Shown: in pieces, positions 28,050 to 38,201 of the stretch
How positions within the stretch are numbered: position 1 is the first letter of the stretch
Layout of the letters: each line of letters begins with the position of its first letter
From: a virus
Lineage: Duplodnaviria > Caudoviricetes
IMG/VR virus record: IMGVR_UViG_3300005609_000008
Coordinates: 1-60,854 of that record
Strand: one strand, 5' to 3'
DNA: 60,854 nt
The notes under the pieces: generated by a model
What the model was told of the DNA's origin: nothing
Seen by the model: the letters and a program-made list of their open reading frames with translations, nothing else
Databases searched by the model: none
Translations under genes and position numbers: made by a program

Positions 28050-30485
28050 TTATCTAGGATTGAATTCAGCCAAGTCAAATCCATCTAGACTATCCTCATT
28101 TGATTCAAAATTTACTGGTGGTAAATTATTTTTTCTTTGTTGTATTAGTTTTGATTGTTCAGTATTAGCTTGACTAATTCTATTAGCTTTTGCTCCTTCT
28201 CTTTGTACCTCTCTTTGAGCTAATGATTGTTCCGATATATTTCTTAGTTGTATATTATAATTAAACTCTTCTTGCATTAATTTACTTTTAAGCATAGCCT
28301 CATTATTTTGCTTTTCAATCTCAAAAGCTATCTCAGCTTGTTTTAATTGCATCTTACCTTGCATCTCAGCTTGTTGCTTTTGCATTTCCATTTGAGACTT
28401 TATTTCTTGAGACTTTAAAGCTTGTTGAGCCTGCATAGCTTGAGCTTGCATAACTTGTTGTTGTTGCTGCTCTTGTAATGCTTTACGTTTTACTTTAAGT
28501 AATTGATTAGCAAGTTTGATATTTTTTATTTCTCGAATATCAATAGCATCTTCTAAATTAATGTCACCCTTAGATAAAGCCATTTGTATGTTAGCTTCTA
28601 ATTGAGCTCTTTGTTCTTCATCTGGAGCTACTTCAATAAAAATACCAAAGTCATAAATATACAAGTCTTTAATATCATTAAGTATACTCACGTTGTATTT
28701 ACCTATAGCATTAGCAAAATCATCTTTAAAATCTGCATATTGTAATATATCTGCCACCCTATAAGTTATAGCTTCTGCTAAAGTTCTATATATATATAAC
28801 GAACCTTCAAGTATATGTCTAGTTGCAACATTAGAATTTAAAGCTGCAAGTTTTTGTAAACCAACTAAAGAATTAGGATCAGGTGAAGAAGCATCTCTAG
28901 CTTCATTTAATCCTGTGACTTGTCTAATCATTCCTAAATAATGATTATAATTAGCAATAAGCATTTGTGTTTTACTAGAACCTGAACTAGATTGTAATTC
29001 TTTTATTGGTACTTTACCTTGGTTGTAATCTCCATCTTGTGTATAGCTTCTACCAATAACAGAACCTGTTTGAAAATATAATCTCAAAGCATCTTCTGGA
29101 TTATAAGCATTTCCTGTACCTAGGTCTACTTCATTCAATCCATCAGCATCAATATAAACCCCATCAGGAACAACTCTTGAAATTACTTGTTGTAGTTTTA
29201 AATGTGTTATTTGTATTAAATCTGCAAAAGGAATCATACGTCTAGTTAAAGACTCAATAACACCTTTGTACATTCTTGGTGCAACTGCTACATAGTTTGG
29301 TAATGCATGTTGTTGAGCTGATTTAGGTCTTACCATATTTTCTGCAAGTTCCCACTTTAAAAGAATATTTGTACCCATAACCATTACTCCTTCATACCAC
29401 ACATCAATGGTTTTTTCCATCTTTTCAAATCTTCCTTCTTCCATCATTTCTACAGGTGGATTAAATTGGTCATCTTTCTCTATAACCTTTGATCCTCCAT
29501 TTTCTAGTATTTTCTTTTTATAAACTACTTTTTTAGTGGTTTTATAATTAAAATACATTAATGTAACAGTGTCTCTATAAAAAATATCATTCTCATAGAA
29601 CTGAGCCACATTATAATAGTCATACCAACTCTGAGAGTATTTAGAAATTTCTTCTAAATCTTCTCTAGTTAAAGATTGGTCAATTTTCATCAACTCAGTA
29701 ATTGGGAGAGTTTTAATTTCTCCCCAATAAAAACAATCTTTAAAGTGTGGGTCTTCTGTATAACTGTAAACAATATTTGCAGGGTCTACATATTTAATTT
29801 CAACTCCTGCTCCTGGTAAAAATTCGTGTTTTGTACAACCAATACCTAAAACAGTTAAATCATAATCAACTCTTTTACGAACATCGTTATAATGGTTTTC
29901 AGCTAAAATTGTATTAATTGCTTCCTCTTCTGCAATCTCTATTGCAGGCTTATATTTAAGTTGCATGTATAAATTTAACTCTTCATCAGTTTGAGGAAGG
30001 TCATCAGGATTCATAATAAAAGGGTCAGCTCCTGTTTCTTTTTGTACAATTTGAAGTATATCTTTGGCTGCTGCTTGACCTTGTATCATATCTTGATACT
30101 TGCTTCTTTGAGCTTGAGACATAGCGTCTTCGGCATATGCTTTTACATCAAACAACCTGTCGTTCATTCCGTTAACAACAACATCTACAAATTTAGGTAT
30201 AATAGGTACAGGTGTCCAATCTAGATTCAAGTAACTTAAATCACCATCAACTGCAAGTTCATTTTTATATTTAGCAACCGACTGTTCACCTCTAGCATAA
30301 AGACGTAACCTGTAGAAATCTCTCCACTGATTATAGTATCTACATTGGTTGCCATCTTTCTTAAACCATTCGTATTGAATGGCTTGACCTATTTGTAAGC
30401 CAAATTCATCTGATGCTTTTTCACTATCAGAAACAAACTGACTTGGAAACCCAACAGAGGAAACATTTATTTTTACGTCTTTCAT
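28050..30485 (-). CDS. Portal protein
   Basis: 811 aa directly after the terminase; PIIPKFVD motif; Gln-rich C-terminal coiled-coil barrel. Confidence 0.8.
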   Translation of the reverse strand: MKDVKINVSSVGFPSQFVSDSEKASDEFGLQIGQAIQYEWFKKDGNQCRYYNQWRDFYRLRLYARGEQSVAKYKNELAVDGDLSYLNLDWTPVPIIPKFVDVVVNGMNDRLFDVKAYAEDAMSQAQRSKYQDMIQGQAAAKDILQIVQKETGADPFIMNPDDLPQTDEELNLYMQLKYKPAIEIAEEEAINTILAENHYNDVRKRVDYDLTVLGIGCTKHEFLPGAGVEIKYVDPANIVYSYTEDPHFKDCFYWGEIKTLPITELMKIDQSLTREDLEEISKYSQSWYDYYNVAQFYENDIFYRDTVTLMYFNYKTTKKVVYKKKILENGGSKVIEKDDQFNPPVEMMEEGRFEKMEKTIDVWYEGVMVMGTNILLKWELAENMVRPKSAQQHALPNYVAVAPRMYKGVIESLTRRMIPFADLIQITHLKLQQVISRVVPDGVYIDADGLNEVDLGTGNAYNPEDALRLYFQTGSVIGRSYTQDGDYNQGKVPIKELQSSSGSSKTQMLIANYNHYLGMIRQVTGLNEARDASSPDPNSLVGLQKLAALNSNVATRHILEGSLYIYRTLAEAITYRVADILQYADFKDDFANAIGKYNVSILNDIKDLYIYDFGIFIEVAPDEEQRAQLEANIQMALSKGDINLEDAIDIREIKNIKLANQLLKVKRKALQEQQQQQVMQAQAMQAQQALKSQEIKSQMEMQKQQAEMQGKMQLKQAEIAFEIEKQNNEAMLKSKLMQEEFNYNIQLRNISEQSLAQREVQREGAKANRISQANTEQSKLIQQRKNNLPPVNFESNEDSLDGFDLAEFNPR

Positions 30486-32651
30486 TTATCTAATTATTTC
30501 ACTACGATTTCCTTTATTGTTATATCTAGCAAAGTTAACAATAATATTTGATTGTTTTTTTACAGGTTGATAAAGGTGTCTTTGACAAGCCATTACTGCT
30601 AAACCTGAACTAATAGATGCATCAAACTTAGTTCTATTGCTAATATCAAACTTTGCCCAATCTTCTAATGTTCTACTAAAAGGCATATAACCCATTTCAT
30701 CTTCTTTAACTAGTCCTACATATGTTTCAATATAAGACTCAATAGCTGCTGCGTGAGCTTGTTTTACTGCTTCACTTGAGTTAGGTATACCCCCAAGTTC
30801 TTTTTCTGTCTTAGAGAGCTTGTGTTTAAGTTTATCTGGTCGATTTATACTAAAGCTTCTATACCCTCTATTTTTAAAATGATATAATAACCTAGGTTTA
30901 TTATTCTCTACTAATATAGGCATTCCATAAAAAACACACGCCATCAATACTTCCTCAAAAAATATTTCGGCAGTTTGAGGTCTTGCTACATACTCTAAAA
31001 AAAACTGATTACTAGGAGCATCATCCATATTAAACTTTGTAATTCCATGCAATGCCCCATTAGATGCACCTCCTCCAACAGTTCCTGATATGTCATAACT
31101 ATCACACCCAAAAGCACCAAGATGCTCATTTAAAGGAAAAAAATCTCCCTTGTTATTTTTCTTGTACCTATTTTGCATATTCTTTTTAGGAAGCCATCCT
31201 ACTAAAAATCTTCCTCTAGTGTTAGGAGTCCATATTACTTCAGTATCCTTAATTCCATTCTTCCAAGAAAAAGAGCCACGAGTTGTATGGTGTTCTTGTA
31301 TAAGTGAATCATTGTAGTCTATTTGCTGATATATTCTTGTAAGATTAAACAATGATTGTTTGCTCTCATCCCTAAACGCATGCGATTCAGTACGAGGAAA
31401 TTGTCTGTAAAACTCATTTAATGCGTCAGGATCATTTTTTAAACTTTCAACTTCATTATTCCAATACTCTATAACATCATCCATAGGCATACCATACTCA
31501 TCTATATAACCCTCAAAGTTCCACTCCATAGGGATGAAAAGTGAATATAACCCACTTTTGGTTTGACCATTGTTACTTCGTTCATGTGGATTAGAATCGT
31601 AATACAGTTTCTTAAACTCTTCACCTCCTTTACTAAGAGAGTTAGATGTCGAACCCATCATACATTTACCAATTACTCTTCTACCCAATCTTAAACAAGT
31701 TTTTGTAACACGATAATTATTTAGTATATTGTTAGGCTTTAGCCATTTACCACTTTCATCATGAGCTAGTAATAAAAGTTTTTCCCCATCATAAGAGTTG
31801 TCATCTGTATTCTTCCAGTCAATGGTTGTGTCAAGACCTTCCATCTCTTCATTATCAACATTGTACATATTCTTTTTTGTAATCTTTGATGCAGGAATTC
31901 TAAAAGCTAATTCAGTTTTTGGTTTATCCATACCATCCTGAACAGGTTTAAAAAAGAACGGATAGTTTCTTACAATTGGGACAACCTTGTCTGTAAACAT
32001 TTTTTTGGCATCAGACCCAGACTTAGATAATATTCCTATACGAGAGTTTTTAGATATTGTTGCTACATTTGCACACTCTTCAGATGCCATATATGAAAAG
32101 CCTGAACGTCTGATTTTTAAATATATCATGCCAAAACATCTAGGGTCTGCTTTACAAGCCTCCCAAAAAATATAAAAAATTCTGTTAGCCTCTCTAAAAT
32201 CTGGATAACCAACATCAATCTTTGTCCATTGAAGATACATATAATGTGACCCAGTTATATATGTACTAATGTTCTTGTTTATAAACCAATAGCCTTGCTC
32301 TCTTTTATCAAACTCACTTTCAATATAGTCCACCCATTGAGCTTTAAAAGTATTAGGATGCTCATTCCATTGAAATATAGATTGTATTTTTAGAATTGTC
32401 TTTGGTGGTTCTTTTCTTTCCCACTTGTTGTTGTCTTTTTGAATAGACTCTGGAGCTTTAGGTAATCCAATCCTAAGTCCGTTAATTTCATATACCTCAC
32501 CTATCTCGCCTGTTTTAGAAATTATAACAACATCATATTTTTCATCATAGCCATATTTCCATGACCTATTTCTATTCTTTTTTTTAAGAATACCTTTAGG
32601 TATGTAGTTATCTATAACTCTGTATAAATTATGAAGATCTTCGTTCTGCAA
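30486..32651 (-). CDS. terL: Terminase large subunit
   Basis: Walker A-like KIRRSGFS, Walker B LLLAHDESGKW, coupling motif GST, nuclease motif GCDSYD. Confidence 0.85.
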   Translation of the reverse strand: MQNEDLHNLYRVIDNYIPKGILKKKNRNRSWKYGYDEKYDVVIISKTGEIGEVYEINGLRIGLPKAPESIQKDNNKWERKEPPKTILKIQSIFQWNEHPNTFKAQWVDYIESEFDKREQGYWFINKNISTYITGSHYMYLQWTKIDVGYPDFREANRIFYIFWEACKADPRCFGMIYLKIRRSGFSYMASEECANVATISKNSRIGILSKSGSDAKKMFTDKVVPIVRNYPFFFKPVQDGMDKPKTELAFRIPASKITKKNMYNVDNEEMEGLDTTIDWKNTDDNSYDGEKLLLLAHDESGKWLKPNNILNNYRVTKTCLRLGRRVIGKCMMGSTSNSLSKGGEEFKKLYYDSNPHERSNNGQTKSGLYSLFIPMEWNFEGYIDEYGMPMDDVIEYWNNEVESLKNDPDALNEFYRQFPRTESHAFRDESKQSLFNLTRIYQQIDYNDSLIQEHHTTRGSFSWKNGIKDTEVIWTPNTRGRFLVGWLPKKNMQNRYKKNNKGDFFPLNEHLGAFGCDSYDISGTVGGGASNGALHGITKFNMDDAPSNQFFLEYVARPQTAEIFFEEVLMACVFYGMPILVENNKPRLLYHFKNRGYRSFSINRPDKLKHKLSKTEKELGGIPNSSEAVKQAHAAAIESYIETYVGLVKEDEMGYMPFSRTLEDWAKFDISNRTKFDASISSGLAVMACQRHLYQPVKKQSNIIVNFARYNNKGNRSEIIR

Positions 32652-32916
32652 ATCCTTGTTTAGTGTCTAGTTTACTTGGACCTCGTTCTTCGATTTCCAT
32701 TAAATTTTTTTCATTCTCTATCTTAGTTAGTATATCAAAAGCATCAAATATAGCTAACTTTTTAGTAGCTGCAGCATTCTTTAGTCTATCAGCAGCTAAC
32801 TCATCTTCAGGGTCTGGCTTAATTATATCTTCCTTAGCAACTTTAATTAGTTGCTCTACGGCTTTCATTCCTGCCTGAATAATATTCTTCTTTAAAGTTT
32901 GTGGGTCTAGTGCCAT
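32629..32916 (-). CDS. Possible terminase small subunit
   Basis: Small helical ORF overlapping the terL start. Confidence 0.45.
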   Translation of the reverse strand: MALDPQTLKKNIIQAGMKAVEQLIKVAKEDIIKPDPEDELAADRLKNAAATKKLAIFDAFDILTKIENEKNLMEIEERGPSKLDTKQGFAERRSS

Positions 32917-32964
32917 TTGGATTATATTTAATTCTTGGTCTTTTTTTTCTTTTAGGTTTGTCTT

Positions 32965-33528
32965 TCATAATTTAATTGTTATTTGATGATCAAACATTCG
33001 ATAAAGTTTTTCACCATCCACTTCAAACTCATACTCGCTTTCTGGTTTAAAACATATTTTGTCTCCTGGATTTACATTTTGTGAACGTAAATACTCATTG
33101 CTATATTTTATTTCACCCACCAATGGCTCTTCATTAGTGTTTTTATATAGATAATAATCTTCAGTAGGAACAGGTTTTGTAAAGCAATACCTTCCATTAG
33201 TATTCCACTCTTTACCATCATGATACATATAAAACTGATCAGGCTCAACAAAAAACAAATCATTCATAAAATAACTCCTGCCACTTTTTCTTCTACCCTG
33301 CATGTCATTGTAAAACTTAAAAACATTGTGATGAACTAAAAGTTTATCTCCTGGCTTTATAGGACCATCATAAACGATAGGTGTGGCTATCACCTCAGCA
33401 ATACGATTAGATGCTTTGTGATTTTCCTCGGAGGTGCTTGTTATAAAGTCTACTCCACCTATATTTTTTGTATTGTTATATCTTTTATTGTCTAAAGGAG
33501 TAGTTATAAATAGGTAAGGTGATTTCAT
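32965..33528 (-). CDS. Tandem GroES-like co-chaperonin domain protein
   Basis: Two halves, each with a V/I-x-PGDK-hydrophobic motif; ends FEVDGEKLYRM, like GroES. Confidence 0.55.
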   Translation of the reverse strand: MKSPYLFITTPLDNKRYNNTKNIGGVDFITSTSEENHKASNRIAEVIATPIVYDGPIKPGDKLLVHHNVFKFYNDMQGRRKSGRSYFMNDLFFVEPDQFYMYHDGKEWNTNGRYCFTKPVPTEDYYLYKNTNEEPLVGEIKYSNEYLRSQNVNPGDKICFKPESEYEFEVDGEKLYRMFDHQITIKL

Positions 33529-33758
33529 TAGAAGTTAATATTATATTCGACAGATACAGGCATATTAATAAACTGTTTCCACAAAACAATTTCTTTATTG
33601 TATGTAGATTCAATCCATACTTTAAAAGCATCTACATTTTCATCATATCTTATGTGATGTATTTTGTAAGTACCTTTTAATATTTCTTGCCCAACAACAT
33701 AGTGCATAGCCCCTCCTTTGTAATCAGGACCAACTGCTATCTTACGAATATCATTCAT
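33528..33758 (-). CDS. Hypothetical protein (76 aa)
   Basis: First gene after a promoter; translationally coupled to the next gene. Confidence 0.7.
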   Translation of the reverse strand: MNDIRKIAVGPDYKGGAMHYVVGQEILKGTYKIHHIRYDENVDAFKVWIESTYNKEIVLWKQFINMPVSVEYNINF

Positions 33759-33779
33759 TTAATTAGATTTAATTTATAA

Positions 33780-33787
33780 CAAATATA
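33780..33787 (-). promoter_or_regulatory. TAnnTTTG promoter element for the packaging operon
   Basis: TATATTTG on -, directly after a terminator. Confidence 0.65.
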
Positions 33788-33790
33788 ATG

Positions 33791-33823
33791 AAAAAAAAAT
33801 ACCCCTGAATTAACAGAGGTATT
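33791..33823 (-). terminator. Intrinsic terminator
   Basis: AATACCTCTG-ttaatt-CAGGGGTATT followed by a T tract on -. Confidence 0.8.
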
Positions 33824-33827
33824 CTAA

Positions 33828-33916
33828 GCGAAGAGGAGACCCTAATTGGAAACATCTCAAGGATGGCTTCCTAATTGCACACCTCTCAAAGACGTGATAT
33901 TAATTGAGCTCCTCGC
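33828..33916 (-). ncRNA. Candidate structured RNA (three-way junction, 3x CAAUUA at 29-nt period)
   Basis: GC-rich intergenic island; taattg at 33843, 33872 and 33901; outer stem plus two hairpins with YUUGA loops. Confidence 0.5.
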
Positions 33917-33921
33917 ATATT

Positions 33922-34842
33922 TTAATTAAAAGACCTTTGAGCATTACCTGTTGACCCTTGAGTTATTGTGTAATTATTTACAACTTTAGGATTACTGCCA
34001 TCATATTGATATTTTAATGTTACGGCATTTGATAAATTTCCAAAAATATAAGGTAACTCATGGTTTGTATTTGTCCATGTAGGGTTTGGTATTCCTATAG
34101 CAAATTTCATTATAATTTGTGAGGTACGATAATCATTTGGATTATTATCATAATTCACATTATTAGCAGGTCTTGTAACTGAAAATCGTGTACCCCAATA
34201 ATCTAGTGTTGTTGTCGCAGGAAGTGATGTCACTTCTGTTGGATTTACGAGATCAAACAAAAATCCTAAAGGATTAAAAGGAACTTCAATATATGTAGTA
34301 GGTCTTAGCGAAGCAAAGTCAGTTATCAATGACCCTGTCTTAGCAATCTTTAATTCACTATTTATATCCCATTCTGTTGGAATAGGAAATAACACAAGAC
34401 CACCATTGGTAGTTTGAGCACTTGATGCCCAATTGCTACCTGGGAAATTAGCTCTCTGATATTCTCCATTGTTATGAGGAGGGTGAATAAAGTTTTGCTT
34501 TTTCATTATATACGAAGAACTACCACCAAAATCTATTAGTTTAGTTTTTGACTTTCTATATCTAAACATAAAAAGCCTAGGATTTTTAGTTAACCAATCT
34601 GTTTCAATTGGTTTTTGCATAGCAACAAAAGCTTTATCATTTTTTGTAGTTGCATCAACATATGGTCTTTTTAAAACATACATATAGGGTGTAGGAATAT
34701 CATCAGCTTGTCCTATGTAAGTTTTTAAACCATCGACAGTAATATTTTTAGTTACATCTGTGGGTGTCCCATTTGTTTGAGTGATAACTATCTTATCATC
34801 ACCTTGAGGTGCAACTGTATTATATGAACTAATTTTTGGCAT
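33922..34842 (-). CDS. Putative virion appendage protein (306 aa)
   Basis: N-terminal MPKISSY...DDKIV...TKNITVDGL resembles a fibre anchor peptide. Confidence 0.45.
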   Translation of the reverse strand: MPKISSYNTVAPQGDDKIVITQTNGTPTDVTKNITVDGLKTYIGQADDIPTPYMYVLKRPYVDATTKNDKAFVAMQKPIETDWLTKNPRLFMFRYRKSKTKLIDFGGSSSYIMKKQNFIHPPHNNGEYQRANFPGSNWASSAQTTNGGLVLFPIPTEWDINSELKIAKTGSLITDFASLRPTTYIEVPFNPLGFLFDLVNPTEVTSLPATTTLDYWGTRFSVTRPANNVNYDNNPNDYRTSQIIMKFAIGIPNPTWTNTNHELPYIFGNLSNAVTLKYQYDGSNPKVVNNYTITQGSTGNAQRSFN

Positions 34843-34846
34843 AATA

Positions 34847-35242
34847 TTATTTTTTTGTATCTGAATATGACTTCATCATTTTTTCTCCTGTTCTACCAAT
34901 AACATATCCTCCTATTCCTATTTGTAGCAAATTCCAAAACTCGTTTTCAAGCTCAGGTATTGTTAAATCAAACAAAGGAGCAAGAAACTTTACATAGATA
35001 ACTATAAACCCAAAAGCTAACATTAAAATTGGTCTCCAACTTCTTTGAATCCAATTTCCTTTCGCTTCGGCTACAATTATTTCTGTCTGCATTCTTTGCA
35101 GCTCTAATTGTTTTTCAATGAGAATTTGTTTAATAGCATTCTCAGCTAAAATTTTTTCTTCTTTAGAAGTAAATAGTTTATCAAGACCACCTATTATGTC
35201 CTTGACTACAGTACCTCCAAACCAATCTAATATTTTTTTCAT
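34847..35242 (-). CDS. Holin (3TM/GTA-type)
   Basis: AEAKGNWIQRSWRP followed by TM helices and GIGGYVIGRTGEK; adjacent to the endolysin. Confidence 0.75.
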   Translation of the reverse strand: MKKILDWFGGTVVKDIIGGLDKLFTSKEEKILAENAIKQILIEKQLELQRMQTEIIVAEAKGNWIQRSWRPILMLAFGFIVIYVKFLAPLFDLTIPELENEFWNLLQIGIGGYVIGRTGEKMMKSYSDTKK

Positions 35243-35243
35243 A

Positions 35244-35615
35244 CTAATACATCCACATTACTTGCTGAGATTTTTTAAAATCTAAGTCTACATGTATAAA
35301 AGTTTTAGCTACTCCTATTCTTTGAAATCCTATTTCTTGTAACAAATATACTAAATGAAATCTGTCAACGCTATTATCACATTTAATATCGGCAGCTAAT
35401 CCATACATATGACTTGAACCTGGTGACCCTTCTGTTTTGGGTTTCCCTCCAACTCTTGCATTATGATCTTCACTTCTATAGCCACTATTTATAATAATAG
35501 GCTTCCCAAACTTACCTCTAACCTCATCAAGCATTTCTAAAAAATTCTCATCCATTAAATTACCACTTCCTGGCATATCTGGAGAATCAAATTCTTTGTA
35601 GCTAAAGTGTGTCAT
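35244..35615 (-). CDS. Endolysin, peptidase M15A family
   Basis: INSGYRS..HN..VGG, SSHMYGLAADI and FIHVD motifs. Confidence 0.9.
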   Translation of the reverse strand: MTHFSYKEFDSPDMPGSGNLMDENFLEMLDEVRGKFGKPIIINSGYRSEDHNARVGGKPKTEGSPGSSHMYGLAADIKCDNSVDRFHLVYLLQEIGFQRIGVAKTFIHVDLDFKKSQQVMWMY

Positions 35616-35767
35616 TTATTTTCTTTATAGTTGGCATAAATTCTTTGTGCCGTATACACTATAGAAATTATTAATAATATTATTTTTAGTATTGCTTCTA
35701 TTTCACTAAATGAAACAACTAAAGCAAGACCATTAAGTATAGTCAGTTTTATATCCGATAAGTTCAT
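35612..35767 (-). CDS. Small membrane protein (51 aa), possibly lysis-related
   Basis: Hand-translated; hydrophobic; ATGA overlap with the endolysin. Confidence 0.65.
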   Translation of the reverse strand: MNLSDIKLTILNGLALVVSFSEIEAILKIILLIISIVYTAQRIYANYKENK

Positions 35768-35863
35768 TTTACTAAACATGTTTGTATTGATAATTCATTT
35801 GAACGTCAATCAACCAAGAATTAGTTTGAACATAATAACTTTTAATACTTGATTTCATACAAA

Positions 35864-35871
35864 CAAAGTTA
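35864..35871 (-). promoter_or_regulatory. TAnnTTTG promoter element for the lysis cassette
   Basis: TAACTTTG on - in intergenic DNA. Confidence 0.55.
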
Positions 35872-35892
35872 AGTAAAAAATAATTAACCTAT

Positions 35893-37923
35893 CTATGGGG
35901 TGCAGGAGGTAAAATTAGGTTTTGGTTGTGTCCAAGTTGAAGAAGTTCCATCACTAAAAGATTGACAATTAGTAACATTTGGATTCACACTCCATCCACT
36001 TAAATCTTGATTCATTGCAGAAGGACTTGTAACTAAAAACATAAAAGACATATTTGTAACACTACTCACATCCCAAGAACTTATATCTTGATTAAAAACT
36101 TTGTTTTGTATAAACATAAATTGCATATTATTCACACTACTCACATCCCAAGAACTTATATCTTGATTAAAAGTAGTATTGGAAAACATTTGTGACATAT
36201 CATTTACACTACTCACATCCCAATTATCAAGAGGTTGATTAAAAATAGTAGCAAAACCAAACATATCTTTCATAGTAGTAACACTACTCACATCCCAAGA
36301 GTTTAAGCTAGAATTAAAAGCAGTATTACCATAAAACATTTGTCTCATATTTGTAACACTACTCACATCCCAACTACTAATGTTTTGATTAAATGAATCT
36401 GCATCTCTAAACATAGAATCCATATTTTCTACACTACTCACATCCCAAGAGTTTAAGCTAAAATTAAAAGCAGTAGCTTTATAAAACAAATAACCCATAT
36501 CCTCTACACTACTCACATCCCAACTACCAATGTTTTGGTTAAAAGCAGTATTGAATGCAAACATATAGTACATAGTAGTAACACTACTTACATCCCATCC
36601 ACTTATGTCTTGATTAAAAGGAGTGAATGAAAACATAGCACGCATATTTTCTACACTACTCACATCCCAACTACCAATGTTTTGATTAAAAGGAGCACCA
36701 CTAAACATCTCAAACATATCATTTACACTACTCACATCCCAACTACCAATGTCTTGATTGAAAGAAGTTGCCTGACCAAACATTCTACTCATAGTAGTAA
36801 CACTGCTAGTGTCCCAAGCACCAATATCTCCATTAAAAGTAGATTTAGACACAAAAGCATTAGACATATTAGTAACTAGACTTACATCCCAATCTTGTAT
36901 CTTTCCGTAAGGGACAAGATCATAGTCTCCATTAGGGTCTTGAGCTAGTATATCATTAATTGCAGTTTGAAATGTTGCATCAGTTAATTGACTGGGATTT
37001 ACAAAAGGTGGTTTGGATAATATCCAACTTGGTGTATTAGTATCAAAGTCAGTATAATTAGTAACTAGACTCACATCCCATCCACTTAAATCTTGGTTAA
37101 AACTTGTTGCATCTTTCCACATCTCTTTCATGTTGTTCACGTTGGAAGTGTCCCAAGAAGTAATGTTTCCGTTAAATGATATAGCATCTTCAAACATGCT
37201 AAACATATTTGTAACATTATCTACATCCCAACTGTTTAAAGATTTATTAAATGAAGTTGCATTCTGAAACATAAAACTCATATCAGTTACACTGCTCACA
37301 TCCCAATTGCTAAGAGGTTGGTTAAAAACAGAATTACTTCTAAACATATAACTTATAGTAATTACATTACTAACATCCCAATTATTTAAAGGTTGATTAA
37401 AAGCAGAATTTTGAAACATTTGTTGCATATTGATAACACTCCCAACGTTCCATGAACTTATGTCTTGGTTAAAAGAGGTAGTATTCAAAAACATACCATC
37501 CATAGTAGTAACATTACTTGTATTCCAATTTAAATCTTGGTTAAAAGATGATGCTCCTCTAAACATACTTTGCATAGTAGTAACACTACTTGTATCCCAA
37601 GAACCAATATCTTGATTAAAAGAAGTTGCACCTCTAAACATATCACTCATAGTAATCACACTAGACGTATCCCAAGAACTTATATCTCCATTAAAAGTAC
37701 TTTTAGATTGAAATGCACTCGACATATCTGTTACTTGGCTAACGTTCCAATTTTGAATCTTGCCATAAGGTGCTAAATCATAATCCCCATTGGGGTCTTG
37801 AGCTAATATATCTGTAATCGCTTGATTAAGTGTAGCGTCAGTTAGAGGCAGAGAACCACCTCCCCCTGCACCAATTGCTGAGGATGTTGAAGATCCTATA
37901 CCTACTGCAATGGATATATACAT
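35893..37923 (-). CDS. DUF285/BspA-like repeat protein, probable head fibre
   Basis: About 20 [17 protein letters not shown] repeats in two duplicated modules; short hydrophobic N-terminal peptide followed by a Gly linker. Confidence 0.85.
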   Translation of the reverse strand: MYISIAVGIGSSTSSAIGAGGGGSLPLTDATLNQAITDILAQDPNGDYDLAPYGKIQNWNVSQVTDMSSAFQSKSTFNGDISSWDTSSVITMSDMFRGATSFNQDIGSWDTSSVTTMQSMFRGASSFNQDLNWNTSNVTTMDGMFLNTTSFNQDISSWNVGSVINMQQMFQNSAFNQPLNNWDVSNVITISYMFRSNSVFNQPLSNWDVSSVTDMSFMFQNATSFNKSLNSWDVDNVTNMFSMFEDAISFNGNITSWDTSNVNNMKEMWKDATSFNQDLSGWDVSLVTNYTDFDTNTPSWILSKPPFVNPSQLTDATFQTAINDILAQDPNGDYDLVPYGKIQDWDVSLVTNMSNAFVSKSTFNGDIGAWDTSSVTTMSRMFGQATSFNQDIGSWDVSSVNDMFEMFSGAPFNQNIGSWDVSSVENMRAMFSFTPFNQDISGWDVSSVTTMYYMFAFNTAFNQNIGSWDVSSVEDMGYLFYKATAFNFSLNSWDVSSVENMDSMFRDADSFNQNISSWDVSSVTNMRQMFYGNTAFNSSLNSWDVSSVTTMKDMFGFATIFNQPLDNWDVSSVNDMSQMFSNTTFNQDISSWDVSSVNNMQFMFIQNKVFNQDISSWDVSSVTNMSFMFLVTSPSAMNQDLSGWSVNPNVTNCQSFSDGTSSTWTQPKPNFTSCTP

Positions 37924-37924
37924 A

Positions 37925-38191
37925 CTACCAAAGTGCTAATATGTCAGAAGCAGAAGTTCCTGTCAAATAAACTCTTACAACGTTTACTGGTAGAAAACCT
38001 CCGTTAGGAAATCCTGCAAAAGTTACGTCATCTCCACCTGCAGTTAATACTCTAAGGTTTCCTCCAGTCCCTACATATAAAACACATCCATTATTTCCTC
38101 TTCCATTTTGTGAAGAAATGCTAGGTATATCATCAGTATTAGATGGAATCACTGCAACTGCCCTGCTTGTTTGTAATTTCTGGTATGACAT
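37925..38191 (-). CDS. Head spike base-like protein (RcGTA Rcc01079-like)
   Basis: AVAVIPS...[11 protein letters not shown]...VTF...[22 protein letters not shown] pattern. Confidence 0.6.
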   Translation of the reverse strand: MSYQKLQTSRAVAVIPSNTDDIPSISSQNGRGNNGCVLYVGTGGNLRVLTAGGDDVTFAGFPNGGFLPVNVVRVYLTGTSASDILALW

Positions 38192-38201
38192 ATTTTAAAT
38201 A

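Noticed and set aside
33841-33916. Mini-CRISPR array interpretation of the 29-nt periodicity
   Set aside because: The period is too short for repeat plus spacer and the repeats are degenerate; a folded RNA explains it better.
36050-37700. CRISPR-like periodic repeat acactactcacatccca at ~72-75-bp spacing
   Set aside because: The repeats are in-frame coding units (WDVSSV) of the DUF285 protein, the intervening sequences are homologous to each other, and there are no cas genes.
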